Origin: an uncultured Prevotellaceae bacterium | Lineage (GTDB): Bacteria; Bacteroidota; Bacteroidia; Bacteroidales; Muribaculaceae | Assembly: GCA_946410125.1 (NCBI GenBank) | Contig: CAMJZF010000001.1 | Span: 3,005 to 67,004, forward strand | Length of the DNA stretch: 64,000 nt | Direction: 5' to 3' | Shown: positions 1 through 9,580 of the stretch, one piece after another | Position numbering within the stretch: position 1 is the first letter of the stretch | Layout of the letters: each line of letters starts with the position of its first letter | Position numbers and translations under genes: made by a program | Notes under the pieces: generated by a model | Databases searched by the model: none | What the model was told of the DNA's origin: nothing | The model's input: the letters and a program-made list of their open reading frames with translations, nothing else

Positions 1-530
1 GCAGTTGGATCCTTCTCGGGGTCGGCGGTATAGATGCCGTCAACGCGGGTGCCCTTGAGCATTACGTCGGCTTCCACCTCGATGCCGCGCAACGCGCTGC
101 CGGTGTCGGTGGTAAAGAACGGATTGCCGGTACCGCACGACATGATAGCCACCTTGCCCTGCTCCATAGCTTCGATAGCACGCCACTTGGTGTACTGCTC
201 ACCCACGGGAGTCATGGCAATGGCAGTGAAAACCTGGGCTGGCTGCCCCTTGGCCTCAAGAGCCGACGACAGGGCAAGCGAGTTGATTACCGTTGCGAGC
301 ATCCCCATCTGGTCGCCCTTGACACGGTCGAAGCCCGCAGCAGCCCCCGACAGACCGCGGAAGATGTTGCCACCGCCAATCACGATGGCCACCTGCACGC
401 CGGCATCTACTATTTCCTTGATTTGCTCGGCATAGTCGTCAACACGCTGGCGGTCGATGCCGTAACCCTGATTTCCCATGAGCGATTCACCGCTCAGCTT
501 CAACAGAACTCGCCTGTATTTTGTTTCCAT
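1..530 (-). CDS. pyrH: UMP kinase (3' end runs off the window)
   Basis: Manual minus-strand translation from ATG at 530: METKYRRVLLKLSGESLMG...GGGNIFRG...GDQMGMLAT...GTGNPFFTTD, the PyrH signature. Confidence 0.95.
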   Translation of the reverse strand, partial: METKYRRVLLKLSGESLMGNQGYGIDRQRVDDYAEQIKEIVDAGVQVAIVIGGGNIFRGLSGAAAGFDRVKGDQMGMLATVINSLALSSALEAKGQPAQVFTAIAMTPVGEQYTKWRAIEAMEQGKVAIMSCGTGNPFFTTDTGSALRGIEVEADVMLKGTRVDGIYTADPEKDPT

Positions 531-583
531 AGTTATTGTGTGTTTATTATTATGCTTCAAGCGAAGCAACATTCATTAAGATG

Positions 584-622
584 AAAAAAAGTTGGACAAA
601 GCGACAAGTCGCCATGTCCAAC
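584..622 (-). terminator. Intrinsic terminator downstream of TPR gene
   Basis: GTTGGACA..GCGAC-AA-GTCGC..TGTCCAAC hairpin preceded by A7 (U-tail on minus strand). Confidence 0.6.
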
Positions 623-657
623 ATTCATATTGTTAACCAAAATCTCACAAGAATAAG

Positions 658-1326
658 TTATTTTGCGCCGAGAGCTTTAGCACGCTCAATTTGAGCATCC
701 ATTGAACCGGGACCATAATACTTGGTCTCAATCTGCTTATAGATGGCAAGCTCTTCGTCATATTTCTTAAGGCTGTGAAGAACATTAGCCTTCTTTAGCA
801 TGAACGAAGGAACATAGCTCTTGTTATCGCCGGCAAGCTTAATAGCCTTGTCGTAGGCCGAAACTGCCTTCTCAAGTTGCTTTGCGTTTACATAGCAGTC
901 GCCAAGCAACGATTGCGAAGCGGGTCCAACCACCTTGCCCTTGGGCGAATAGTCCTCAAGATATTTCAGGGCTTTCTTGTTGTCACCCTGTGCATAGAGG
1001 ATGGTTGCGGCCTTAAGCTTAGCGAGGTTTCCTGCCGCGTTGCTGTAGTTCTTTGCCACCTTTTCATATCCCTTGAGAGCTGCAACAGAGTCTTGCTTCA
1101 TGATAAGCTCGGTGTCGGCCTTGGCAAGCTCATTGTTGGCCTTCTCAAGATTTGGTCCATAGATAAATTTAAAGTATCCCCAAATGAGGAGAGCGATAAT
1201 AAGAACGGCCATTACTGTCCAGTAAATCACGTTCTTGTGTTGCTCAAATTTCTGCTCGATACCCGATAATGAGTCATTAAATTCCTCAAGTTTGGTACGG
1301 GTTTCTTGGTTTTTCTTTTTTGCCAT
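658..1326 (-). CDS. Membrane-anchored tetratricopeptide-repeat protein (YfgM-like)
   Basis: N-terminal TM helix followed by TPR-like helices (LLGDCYVNAKQLEKAVSAYDKA). Confidence 0.8.
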   Translation of the reverse strand: MAKKKNQETRTKLEEFNDSLSGIEQKFEQHKNVIYWTVMAVLIIALLIWGYFKFIYGPNLEKANNELAKADTELIMKQDSVAALKGYEKVAKNYSNAAGNLAKLKAATILYAQGDNKKALKYLEDYSPKGKVVGPASQSLLGDCYVNAKQLEKAVSAYDKAIKLAGDNKSYVPSFMLKKANVLHSLKKYDEELAIYKQIETKYYGPGSMDAQIERAKALGAK

Positions 1327-1461
1327 AATATGTATAAAATCAGTGTTTTTAATTCCGCTTTTTATTTTTGCGGTGCAAAAGTAATAGATATTTGCCTAAT
1401 ATAAAAGCAAATCGCAAAATTAATTCAAAAAATCGTCAAAAAAAACCATATTGGCGTCTCC

Positions 1462-1580
1462 ACATCAGCCCCCTCTCAACTTTTTTCAAACGATTAATGA
1501 CGATTAAAAACTAAATACTTAGATGCATGAAGCGTAGCCATTCGGCTTTAGGTCATTAAGAACAATTGAGAGGTGGGCTT
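1462..1580. repeat. MITE-like element with imperfect terminal inverted repeats; left ~55 bp repeated inverted at 4796-4850
   Basis: AGCCCCCTCTCAA ... TTGAGAGGTGGGCT ends; 1462-1514 matches the reverse complement of 4796-4850. Confidence 0.55.
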
Positions 1581-1594
1581 GTATTTACTGAGAA

Positions 1595-3559
1595 CTACTT
1601 AACCGTCAGTTTATTGCCATTCATGCGGTTCATGTATTGCTGGACGAGAGCTTTGAGTCGCAGCTCCAAGTCGCGCTCAATGGCGGTCTTGCCCTTGAGA
1701 TTGTGGCGGAGCATTGGATCGCTCTTGAAGTCGTAGAGAGCCTTCACCCTCTCCCCATCGTGCTGTAGCATGTAAGAGCCTTTAAGGTACTGGTAGATGC
1801 CGTTGTTGTAGCTGAAAGCCCAGGTGTCGCCGGCGGGCATGTTCATCACGTCGCAGCCAAATGCAAGATAAGGCTCGTCGTAGTGAAGGATGCCCAAGAT
1901 GGTGGGCATAATGCTCGCCTGCTGCATCACCACATCGTCGCGCACAGCAGCCGCCACACTGCCGTCGGGGGTGAAGAAGGCGATAGGAATCGAGTAAAGC
2001 CCAAGGTCGGTCTTATACACCTCGTGCGTGGTCTGGTTGGTGTGGTCGGCAACAAGGACAAAGAGGGTGTTGTGGTACCACGGCTGACGCGAGGCACTCT
2101 CAAAGAAGCGGCGCAACGCCATGTCGGTATATCGCACGCACTTGTGAATGGGCTGCCCACCTTCGTCGGGAAACTGTTGCTCAAGTTGTTCGGGCACCGC
2201 AAACGGGTGGTGGCTCGAAGCAGTGAACACCGTAGCCATGAAAGGCTCTTTATAGTCGTTGATCTTGTTCACCATGAATTGCAGGAACGGCTCATCCCAA
2301 ATAGCCCACATGCCGTCGTAGTCACGGTCGCCGTTGAAATGCTTGTCGGCATTAAACTCGGTGCGACCCAGGTAATGCTCATAACCCGTGGCGCGGGCAA
2401 ACGCCTGAAAGCCCATTGAGCCGTTCTGCGCCCCATGGAAGAAGGCTGTGGTATAGCCCTTCACATCGAGGTAGCTCGCCAGGCCGCTAAGGTCGTTCAT
2501 CGATGCCGGCGTGAGGAAGAAAGGCTCTATCATCATGGGAATGCCCGAGAGTATCGACGGCATGGCATCAATGCTCTTGCGTCCGTTGGCAAAGCTGTAC
2601 TTGAAAGTAAGCGACTGGCTCAGCAACGAGTCGACAAATGGGGTATAACCCTTGTAGCTGCCGCCGTCAAGGTCATGGTTGAAGAAGCCAGTATACTCTT
2701 TGCCATAGCTCTCCACGATGATTACCACCACATTCTTGGGCGTGAACGAAGCCGAGTCGCTGGGCTGATGCACTGGAGTATATATCGATTCCAACTTGGC
2801 CTCGTCGGTAAAATAGTGCGGGTCGTGATACACGTTCTTGCCCAGAGTGCGCAGTATTGAGAATGGGGTGTTGAGCACCAAGGCGGCGTCAACGGGGCGG
2901 TCAACATACTGGTTGGCATTGCTCACGGTAATGGGGCGCACCGCATGTGCCAAGCCTCCGCGCATACCGCCTATCACGGCAGGAATCATCGCTACCAGGC
3001 TCACCAGCATTGCCACATAGTATCGCCAGCTGCGGCACTTGCGCGATTCAAGGCGCGGCATTACATAGAGCTTCCACATGAGCCACACCAGCACTAAGGC
3101 AAGCAGCACAAGATACCAGTGACGAAGCATTTCGGTGCCAAAGATTCCCGCGAGATTACCCTCATGGCTGAACTCGCTGAACACCGTGCTGGTGGTGCGA
3201 CGGCTGGTGTACTGGAAATACACCGCATCCATCAGGTTCATGACGAGTGCAATGGTGTTGACAATGACAAAGATCCACTTGCACACCTTGTGATAGCCCA
3301 GCCGCTCCTTCAAGTGCAACGGCAAGAGCATGAGCACGATGTAGAGCACACAGGTGTACATGATTGCCGAGGAGTCGAACATCACTCCCCCTTTAAATGC
3401 CGTCATAAGCCCGCCTGCGTCAAGCCCCTGCGAGAAAATGCTGTAATTCTCAAGCAGATAAGCCACACGGGCAATAAAGTAGACTACATAGGCTATAAAC
3501 AGGTTGCAAACTACCGCTACCAGCGGTGCAAATGGCGATGTCAATATCTTGCGCTTCAT
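1595..3559 (-). CDS. LTA synthase family / sulfatase-like membrane phosphotransferase
   Basis: N-terminal TM helices, NVVVIIVES motif, SSHHPF and VADH metal ligands. Confidence 0.88.
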   Translation of the reverse strand: MKRKILTSPFAPLVAVVCNLFIAYVVYFIARVAYLLENYSIFSQGLDAGGLMTAFKGGVMFDSSAIMYTCVLYIVLMLLPLHLKERLGYHKVCKWIFVIVNTIALVMNLMDAVYFQYTSRRTTSTVFSEFSHEGNLAGIFGTEMLRHWYLVLLALVLVWLMWKLYVMPRLESRKCRSWRYYVAMLVSLVAMIPAVIGGMRGGLAHAVRPITVSNANQYVDRPVDAALVLNTPFSILRTLGKNVYHDPHYFTDEAKLESIYTPVHQPSDSASFTPKNVVVIIVESYGKEYTGFFNHDLDGGSYKGYTPFVDSLLSQSLTFKYSFANGRKSIDAMPSILSGIPMMIEPFFLTPASMNDLSGLASYLDVKGYTTAFFHGAQNGSMGFQAFARATGYEHYLGRTEFNADKHFNGDRDYDGMWAIWDEPFLQFMVNKINDYKEPFMATVFTASSHHPFAVPEQLEQQFPDEGGQPIHKCVRYTDMALRRFFESASRQPWYHNTLFVLVADHTNQTTHEVYKTDLGLYSIPIAFFTPDGSVAAAVRDDVVMQQASIMPTILGILHYDEPYLAFGCDVMNMPAGDTWAFSYNNGIYQYLKGSYMLQHDGERVKALYDFKSDPMLRHNLKGKTAIERDLELRLKALVQQYMNRMNGNKLTVK

Positions 3560-3593
3560 ATTTATTAGTATAATGATTTTTTTTGTGGGGAGA

Positions 3594-4343
3594 TTAGCGG
3601 CGACTGTTGCGACGCATCTCGGCAGCCTCCTCGTCGGTCATGCCAAAGGGCTCGTTGTTCTGTTTCATCTTGCGCCAACGGGCTTTCTCTTCTTTGGTCC
3701 ACCCCTTGAATTTATCGTTTTTCTTCTTGTTCTTCACCGTGGCATTTTTCTTGGCCACATCTTGAGGAACATCGCGGTTGCCACGGCGCAACTGCGCGGC
3801 CTCCTCGTCGGTCATTCCAAAGGGTTCGTTATATCGATTATTGTTATCAAGCCCTCGTGGGACATCCTCACCCGAATTTTCGGCTTCCTCTTTCTTGCCG
3901 CCGAAGAAGCTGTTGTCGTCATCATCGCCATCATCGGTCGAGAAACTCTCGATGTCGTCTTCATCATCATCGCTCAACGAGAAAGACGTTACATCGCTAT
4001 TTTTATCGAGCGAGGGCTTGATGACATATTTATATACTGCCCAACTGCCAACGCCAAGAAGTGCCAACGCCAAGATGACAATCAGGGCGATGATGCCGCC
4101 CTTCGATTTCTTGCGAGGCAAGGGTGCCACATTAGGGGCGTAATACCCGGCAGGTCCCTGTTGATAAGGCATGGGTGAAGGTGGTGGAGCCTGCTGGTAG
4201 GGCATGTGCGGAGGTCCTGCCTGAGGCTGGACGGGTGGTGCCTGCTGATATTGGGGCTGCTCAACTGGCCGGGCACAGCCAGGGCAGAACCGAGCGCCCG
4301 CCGGTATCTCACTGCCACAATAGTTACATCGTGAAGTATTCAT
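3594..4343 (-). CDS. Zinc-ribbon membrane protein with Pro/Gln linker and duplicated C-terminal motif
   Basis: CNYCG...FCPGC ribbon, single TM, acidic stretch, NEPFGMTDEEAA twice. Confidence 0.75.
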   Translation of the reverse strand: MNTSRCNYCGSEIPAGARFCPGCARPVEQPQYQQAPPVQPQAGPPHMPYQQAPPPSPMPYQQGPAGYYAPNVAPLPRKKSKGGIIALIVILALALLGVGSWAVYKYVIKPSLDKNSDVTSFSLSDDDEDDIESFSTDDGDDDDNSFFGGKKEEAENSGEDVPRGLDNNNRYNEPFGMTDEEAAQLRRGNRDVPQDVAKKNATVKNKKKNDKFKGWTKEEKARWRKMKQNNEPFGMTDEEAAEMRRNSRR

Positions 4344-4500
4344 GGTTAAAATTTTTGATAATTATTTCTACTCCACAAATATATACATAATTCGGGAATT
4401 ATAAGCCAGTCGAAATAAAGAAATTGTTTTTTTCTTATAGACCGACACCTTTTTTGACAGACCGACAAACAGTTAATTTGCCTTAGATACCGTTTTTGTC

Positions 4501-4696
4501 AAACCAAGAAAACCAAAGAAAACCAAAAATAAGAAAAACAACTGATTAATCTGATTTTAATATTTCAAACCAATATAACAAAATAATTAGACAGGAGAGA
4601 CAGGAGAGACAGGAGAGAACAAGAGAACACAAGAGAATCATGTCACTCTTGTACATCATGTCTGGAAATAGACGGGAGAAACAGGAGAACACAAGG
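4501..4696. repeat. Short purine-rich tandem repeats (AAACCAAGA-like x3; AGACAGGAG x3 plus degenerate copies)
   Basis: Read directly from sequence. Confidence 0.7.
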
Positions 4697-4755
4697 TAGC
4701 GTCGCAAAAAGGTGGAGCAGGCTGTAAGACGAAGACTTGTCTCCTTGCGCAGCCA

Positions 4756-4789
4756 GCCTCTCCCCTTGAGGGGGAGACCGAGAGGGGGC
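4756..4789. repeat. REP-like GC-rich palindrome
   Basis: GCCTCTCCCCTTGAGGGGGAGACCGAGAGGGGGC with CTCCCC/GGGGAG stem. Confidence 0.5.
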
Positions 4790-4795
4790 GGCCTG

Positions 4796-4850
4796 TTAGT
4801 TTTTAATCGTAATTCATCGTTTGATAAAAAAATTGAGAGGGTGCTGATGT
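4796..4850 (-). repeat. Inverted copy of the 1462-1514 repeat
   Basis: About 49/55 identity by manual alignment. Confidence 0.7.
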
Positions 4851-4928
4851 ATTTTTTTCTATATTTGTGTGATTTTTTTGAGAGCCGTGCGTCTAATGGT
4901 CAGAAATCAGTTTTAAAACATCAAAAAA

Positions 4929-5411
4929 ATGAACGATTTAGAAAGCAAATTTGCTCAAACCATCAAGCAGAACAAGAGCACCATCTACACCGTGTGCTAC
5001 ATGTTCTCGCGCGATGCCGACGAGGTGGCCGACCTCTTCCAGGAATCGGTCATCAACCTGTGGCGGGGTTTCGAGAAGTTTGAGGGCCGCAGCGATGTAA
5101 AAACGTGGATTTACCGTGTGGCACTCAACACCTGCATCTCGCTCGACCGCAAGAACAAGAAACGCCGCAACGCTACCGAGCCACTGGAAATGAACATCAA
5201 TCTCTTTGAGGATCACGACGAAGACACGCGTCAGGTCGACATGCTGCACCGCCGCATCAGCCGTCTGAAGCCATTCGACCGCGCCATAGTGCTGCTGTGG
5301 CTGGAAAACATGCCCTATGAGGAGATTGGCCAAGTGGTGGGAATATCTACCACCAACGTGAGCAGCCGCCTCTACCGCATCAAAGAACAACTTAAAAAAA
5401 TGAACGACTAA
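4929..5411 (+). CDS. ECF sigma-70 factor
   Basis: Region 2 (DLFQESVINLW..F..RSDVKTWIYRVALN) and region 4 (YEEIGQVVGISTTNVSSRLYR). Confidence 0.92.
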   Translation: MNDLESKFAQTIKQNKSTIYTVCYMFSRDADEVADLFQESVINLWRGFEKFEGRSDVKTWIYRVALNTCISLDRKNKKRRNATEPLEMNINLFEDHDEDTRQVDMLHRRISRLKPFDRAIVLLWLENMPYEEIGQVVGISTTNVSSRLYRIKEQLKKMND

Positions 5412-5424
5412 AACTCTCAAAATT

Positions 5425-6006
5425 ATGGACTTCGAACTTGACGAAATGCGCCAACAAATGGCGATACTGAAAAATAAACTCGAGAAACAGACGATAGTTG
5501 ACGAACGCATTATCCGCCGTGCCATCAAGCACAGCGCGAGCACAATCAACAAGCGATATCTCGTCATTTCTATCATCGCATTAGCCATGATACCCTACGG
5601 TTACTGGGCTTTTGTAAAACTAAATGGACTATCGATACCACTGTGGATTGCTTCGTGCGTGATGATGCTCTTGGTAGTGGGCTTCTGCTTCTTCAACGGA
5701 CGTGCCATGCGCGACCCGCTGCTTGCCGAAGGCAACCTGCACGACACCTTACACCGCGTGGTTGCTGCCAAGCGCCGCGACAACAACTGGCAGTGGTTCG
5801 GAATACCCACAGTTACAGCTTGGACAGTATGGGTAGGATGGGAAATGGCTCAGAAGATGGGTGCCGAGCACTTCAAGTTTTTCATGCCATTCTTCATCAT
5901 CTGCATCGTGGCAGGAATCATCATAGGACTCACTGTGCACTTCAAGACTCAGCGCCACTTCCGCGACATCATCGAGCAAATCGAGGATGCCGAAGGCGAG
6001 AAATAA
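5425..6006 (+). CDS. Four-TM membrane protein, putative anti-sigma partner
   Basis: Directly downstream of the ECF sigma; 4 hydrophobic segments; function is inference. Confidence 0.65.
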   Translation: MDFELDEMRQQMAILKNKLEKQTIVDERIIRRAIKHSASTINKRYLVISIIALAMIPYGYWAFVKLNGLSIPLWIASCVMMLLVVGFCFFNGRAMRDPLLAEGNLHDTLHRVVAAKRRDNNWQWFGIPTVTAWTVWVGWEMAQKMGAEHFKFFMPFFIICIVAGIIIGLTVHFKTQRHFRDIIEQIEDAEGEK

Positions 6007-6022
6007 AGCTCTCAGGAAAAAA

Positions 6023-6937
6023 TCAAAACCTCAGGCTCAGCTTAGCGCCATCGTCGTTCACAGTTAGTGAGGCGATGGCGCCTTCTACTATAGGAACGTT
6101 GCGCTGAATGTGCCCTATCGGGAAGTTGAAGGCTACGGGATAGCCGTAGGGGGCAACCATGTCGTGAATCATGTCGGCCATCGCCGTGGTGTCCTCACCG
6201 CGATGCTTGGTGAACTGCCCAACGACAAGCCCGGCAAGATTGGGCAAGATGCCAGCCAGACGCAGGTGATAGAGCAGCCGCTGCACCTGATAGACCTGTT
6301 CCGACACATCCTCAATGAAAATAATGTGTCCGGGCTTGATGAGATTAAAGGGCGTGGCAAGCAAGCCCATGAGCACCGCCAGATTGCCGCCCGTTATGGT
6401 GGCTGTGGCACTGCCGTGACGGTTGTGACAATGGGCAGGCACATGATATTCAGGCAACTTGCCGCAAGTCATGATATCGTAATTGATGCGGTTAATCTCG
6501 TCGTCGATGCCATAGAGGGTGAGGTGCTTGGCCATGGGCGAGTGAATGCTCACCACGCCGGCACGGTGCCATGCGGCATGAAGTGCCGAGATGTCACTAA
6601 AGCCCACTATCCACTTGGGATGCGTGGCGATATAGTCAAGGTCAAGATGCTCCAGCAACTGCACTGCTCCATAGCCCCCACGGCTGCACAGGATGGCTTT
6701 CACCTCGGGGTCGCGAAGGGCACGGTCTAAATCGTTAAGCCGGTTCTTCCACGACGCGCTTTGGGTGATTACACCATAGCTATTGTATTCCTCCCTGCAA
6801 TGCTCGCCCTGCACGGGCACAAATCCCCATTGCTCAAAGGCGCTTACGGCACCGTCGACCCTTTCGGAAAGCACCGTGCCCGATGGCGACACAATGGCTA
6901 TCTTGTCGCCTGGTTTTAAAAAAGGAGGAATTATCAT
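6023..6937 (-). CDS. ldcA: LD-carboxypeptidase (peptidase S66)
   Basis: RGGYG, GFSDIS (catalytic Ser), GGNL, IEDV, FPIGH motifs. Confidence 0.9.
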   Translation of the reverse strand: MIIPPFLKPGDKIAIVSPSGTVLSERVDGAVSAFEQWGFVPVQGEHCREEYNSYGVITQSASWKNRLNDLDRALRDPEVKAILCSRGGYGAVQLLEHLDLDYIATHPKWIVGFSDISALHAAWHRAGVVSIHSPMAKHLTLYGIDDEINRINYDIMTCGKLPEYHVPAHCHNRHGSATATITGGNLAVLMGLLATPFNLIKPGHIIFIEDVSEQVYQVQRLLYHLRLAGILPNLAGLVVGQFTKHRGEDTTAMADMIHDMVAPYGYPVAFNFPIGHIQRNVPIVEGAIASLTVNDDGAKLSLRF

Positions 6938-6951
6938 TGTGGATAGGATAG

Positions 6952-7022
6952 GAGTGGCTAAGAGTGACTATGAATGGCTATGAGGTGATTGTGCATTGAG
7001 CATTGTGAATTGTGCTTTGTGG
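6952..7022. repeat. 10-mer (GAGTGGCTAA-like x3) and heptamer (ATTGTGC-like x5) tandem repeats
   Basis: attgtgc attgagc attgtga attgtgc tttgtgg at 6988-7022. Confidence 0.7.
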
Positions 7023-7023
7023 A

Positions 7024-7890
7024 TTACCGTTGGTCGGCACCCCACAGGAGCTTGTCGCGCAGGGTGGTGGCAAAGTTGTGGTCATGCTTTTGGATAACGG
7101 TGAGTTTGTAAGGCGCTTGCGCTATCTTCACCGTGCTGCCGCTGGGCAGAGTCATCGCCATGCCGTCGACACTCACCTGAATCCACTTGGCACGGGTGTT
7201 GATAGTTACCTCTATCACCGAATCGTCGCCAACGACGATGGGCCGCATGTTGAGCGAGTGAGGCGAGATGGGCGACAATGCCAGGCAGCTTGTCGAGGGG
7301 TTAATGATGGGCCCGCCCACGCTCATGTTATAGGCGGTAGAGCCCGTTGGAGTGCTTATTACCAGTCCGTCACCCTTGTAGGTGGTGAGCATGGTGCCGT
7401 TAATTGTCGTGGGCATCGAAATCATTGATGTGGTGTCCTGGCGCAGGATTGCTATCTCGTTGAGGGCTATAACGTTGTTGCATGGCTTGCCATTGATTTC
7501 CACCAACTGGAGCATGGTGCGCTGCTGCAAGCGGCAATTGTTCTGCTCTATAGAGGTTATCATTTCCTTAGCTTCGTTGAGGCGACAAGCGGTGAGATAG
7601 CCCAGATGGCCGGTATTGATGCCCACCACAGGGATGCCGCGCGATGCCAGCAGTGCCGCTTTGCCCAAGAGGGTGCCGTCGCCGCCAATGCTCACTGCCA
7701 GCTCGGCTCCTCCAAAGTTTTCCAAATCAAAGGTTGCAGCCCGGCCCAAGTCGATGCCTAACGAAGTGACATAGGCCGCAAAGTCGCTCTCCACGCTTAG
7801 TGTGTGAGATTCTTGCAAGTAACCCACAAAGTCGCTCAGCAGTGACTTGTATTTCTCTTGATACCTATTTCCAAATAAAGCTATGTTCAT
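7024..7890 (-). CDS. nadK: NAD kinase
   Basis: GGDGT, GHLGYL, NE, DGLVISTPTGSTAYNMSVGGP. Confidence 0.95.
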   Translation of the reverse strand: MNIALFGNRYQEKYKSLLSDFVGYLQESHTLSVESDFAAYVTSLGIDLGRAATFDLENFGGAELAVSIGGDGTLLGKAALLASRGIPVVGINTGHLGYLTACRLNEAKEMITSIEQNNCRLQQRTMLQLVEINGKPCNNVIALNEIAILRQDTTSMISMPTTINGTMLTTYKGDGLVISTPTGSTAYNMSVGGPIINPSTSCLALSPISPHSLNMRPIVVGDDSVIEVTINTRAKWIQVSVDGMAMTLPSGSTVKIAQAPYKLTVIQKHDHNFATTLRDKLLWGADQR

Positions 7891-8115
7891 AGTGCTTTAA
7901 TAATGCGTTTCGAGTGAAGAAAAATTTGTAAAAAACGTTGAAAAATATTTTTTAAGTGCTATAATGTTTTCATTTCTCACTCTTTTCTTTTACTTTTGTG
8001 ACTTGTTAAAGTAGAATACTTTAATTTTTAGACGGCAAATATAGTAATTTTTGCCCACATTTATGCACTAACAAGAGAAAACAACACGTTATAAAAATAC
8101 AAGTCACAGAATTTT

Positions 8116-8832
8116 ATGGTAAATTTAAGTGTAAACGTAAATAAAATAGCAACGCTGCGCAATGCGCGCGGTGGAAATATGCCCAATGTGCTGCAGGTAG
8201 CACTCGACTGCGAGAAGTTTGGTGCCGACGGCATTACCGTTCATCCACGTCCCGACGAACGGCACATCACACGTGCCGACGTTTACCAGCTACGCCCTGC
8301 AGTGCACACCGAATTCAATATCGAAGGCTTCCCCGATGAGCGATTCATGGAAATCGTGCTTCAGGTAAAGCCACATCAGGCCACCCTTGTGCCCGATGCA
8401 CCCAATGTGCTCACCTCGTCGCAAGGATGGCCCATTGAGGAAAACCGCGACTTCCTGTGCGACATCGTCGACCGCCTCAAGGAGGCCGGCATCAGGGTGA
8501 GCATCTTTGTCGATGCACTTGAGGAGCGAGTGCGTCAGGCGGCAAGCGTGGGAGCCGACCGCGTGGAGCTTTACACCGGCCCCTATGCCGAGATGTTCAC
8601 CACCAACCCCGAGCAGGCAGTAGAGCCTTACCACAAAGCGGCTCTCGTGGCCCACAGCGTGGGGCTGGGATTGAATGCAGGCCATGATCTTAACCTGCTC
8701 AACCTAAAGTATTTCAAGGACAACGTTCCTTATCTCGACGAAGTGTCGATAGGACATGCCCTGATATGTGACGCCCTATACCTGGGTCTTGAAAACACCA
8801 TCGCAGCCTACCGCAAGTGCCTGCGCGACTAA
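8116..8832 (+). CDS. pdxJ: Pyridoxine 5'-phosphate synthase
   Basis: [40 protein letters not shown]. Confidence 0.96.
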   Translation: MVNLSVNVNKIATLRNARGGNMPNVLQVALDCEKFGADGITVHPRPDERHITRADVYQLRPAVHTEFNIEGFPDERFMEIVLQVKPHQATLVPDAPNVLTSSQGWPIEENRDFLCDIVDRLKEAGIRVSIFVDALEERVRQAASVGADRVELYTGPYAEMFTTNPEQAVEPYHKAALVAHSVGLGLNAGHDLNLLNLKYFKDNVPYLDEVSIGHALICDALYLGLENTIAAYRKCLRD

Positions 8833-8869
8833 CTGAAATTAATAACCACAAAATAATAATCTAAGCATC

Positions 8870-9571
8870 ATGGCATTACTTAGCATGATAGTAGCCCAAG
8901 TGGCAACTCAAGGCGCCCAGAGCGGCGCTGTATCAACGGCAATCTCGGTGTGGAACCTCACTCTCAAGGGTGGCTGGCTCATGATACCACTGGCATTGCT
9001 GCTGCTCGTGAGCATTTACATTTTCTTCGAACGACTGTTTGCTACAAGTCGCGTTACCAAAACCGACTCTACTTTCCTTCAGAACATCAAGGACCTGATT
9101 CAGGCAGGCAAAATCGACGAGGCTAAGCAATTGTGCAATAACACCAACACCCCCTACGCCCGCATGATTGAGAAAGGCGTGTCGCGCATTGGCCGCCCCA
9201 TGAACGACGTGCTCGTGGCCATCGAGAACGTGGGTAACATGGAAATCGCCAAGATGGAAAAAGGCTTCAACTGGCTCGCCACCACCGCTGCCGGCGCTCC
9301 AATGATTGGATTCTTGGGTACCGTTACCGGTATGGTGCAGGCTTTCTACTCTCTCGCCAGCGCAGGCCAGAACAGCAACGTGAGCATTCTCGCCAGCGGT
9401 ATCTATGAGGCGTTGATGACCACCGTTGCAGGTCTTGTAGTGGGCATTCTGGCACTGTTTGCCTACAACTACCTCACCTCACGAGTTAACAAAATCATGA
9501 ACCGCCTCGAGGGCAACACCATGGAGTTTATGGACCTCTTGAACGAGCCCGCCCAAGCTCCCAAAAAGTAG
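8870..9571 (+). CDS. exbB: MotA/TolQ/ExbB proton channel
   Basis: APMIGFLGTVTGMV and ALMTTVAGL motifs. Confidence 0.92.
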   Translation: MALLSMIVAQVATQGAQSGAVSTAISVWNLTLKGGWLMIPLALLLLVSIYIFFERLFATSRVTKTDSTFLQNIKDLIQAGKIDEAKQLCNNTNTPYARMIEKGVSRIGRPMNDVLVAIENVGNMEIAKMEKGFNWLATTAAGAPMIGFLGTVTGMVQAFYSLASAGQNSNVSILASGIYEALMTTVAGLVVGILALFAYNYLTSRVNKIMNRLEGNTMEFMDLLNEPAQAPKK

Positions 9572-9580
9572 TATCAGGCT

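Noticed and set aside
4501-4700. CRISPR array
   Set aside because: Repeats are about 9 bp and contiguous with no spacers; no cas genes; the 33-bp repeat at 31542 has only two adjacent units
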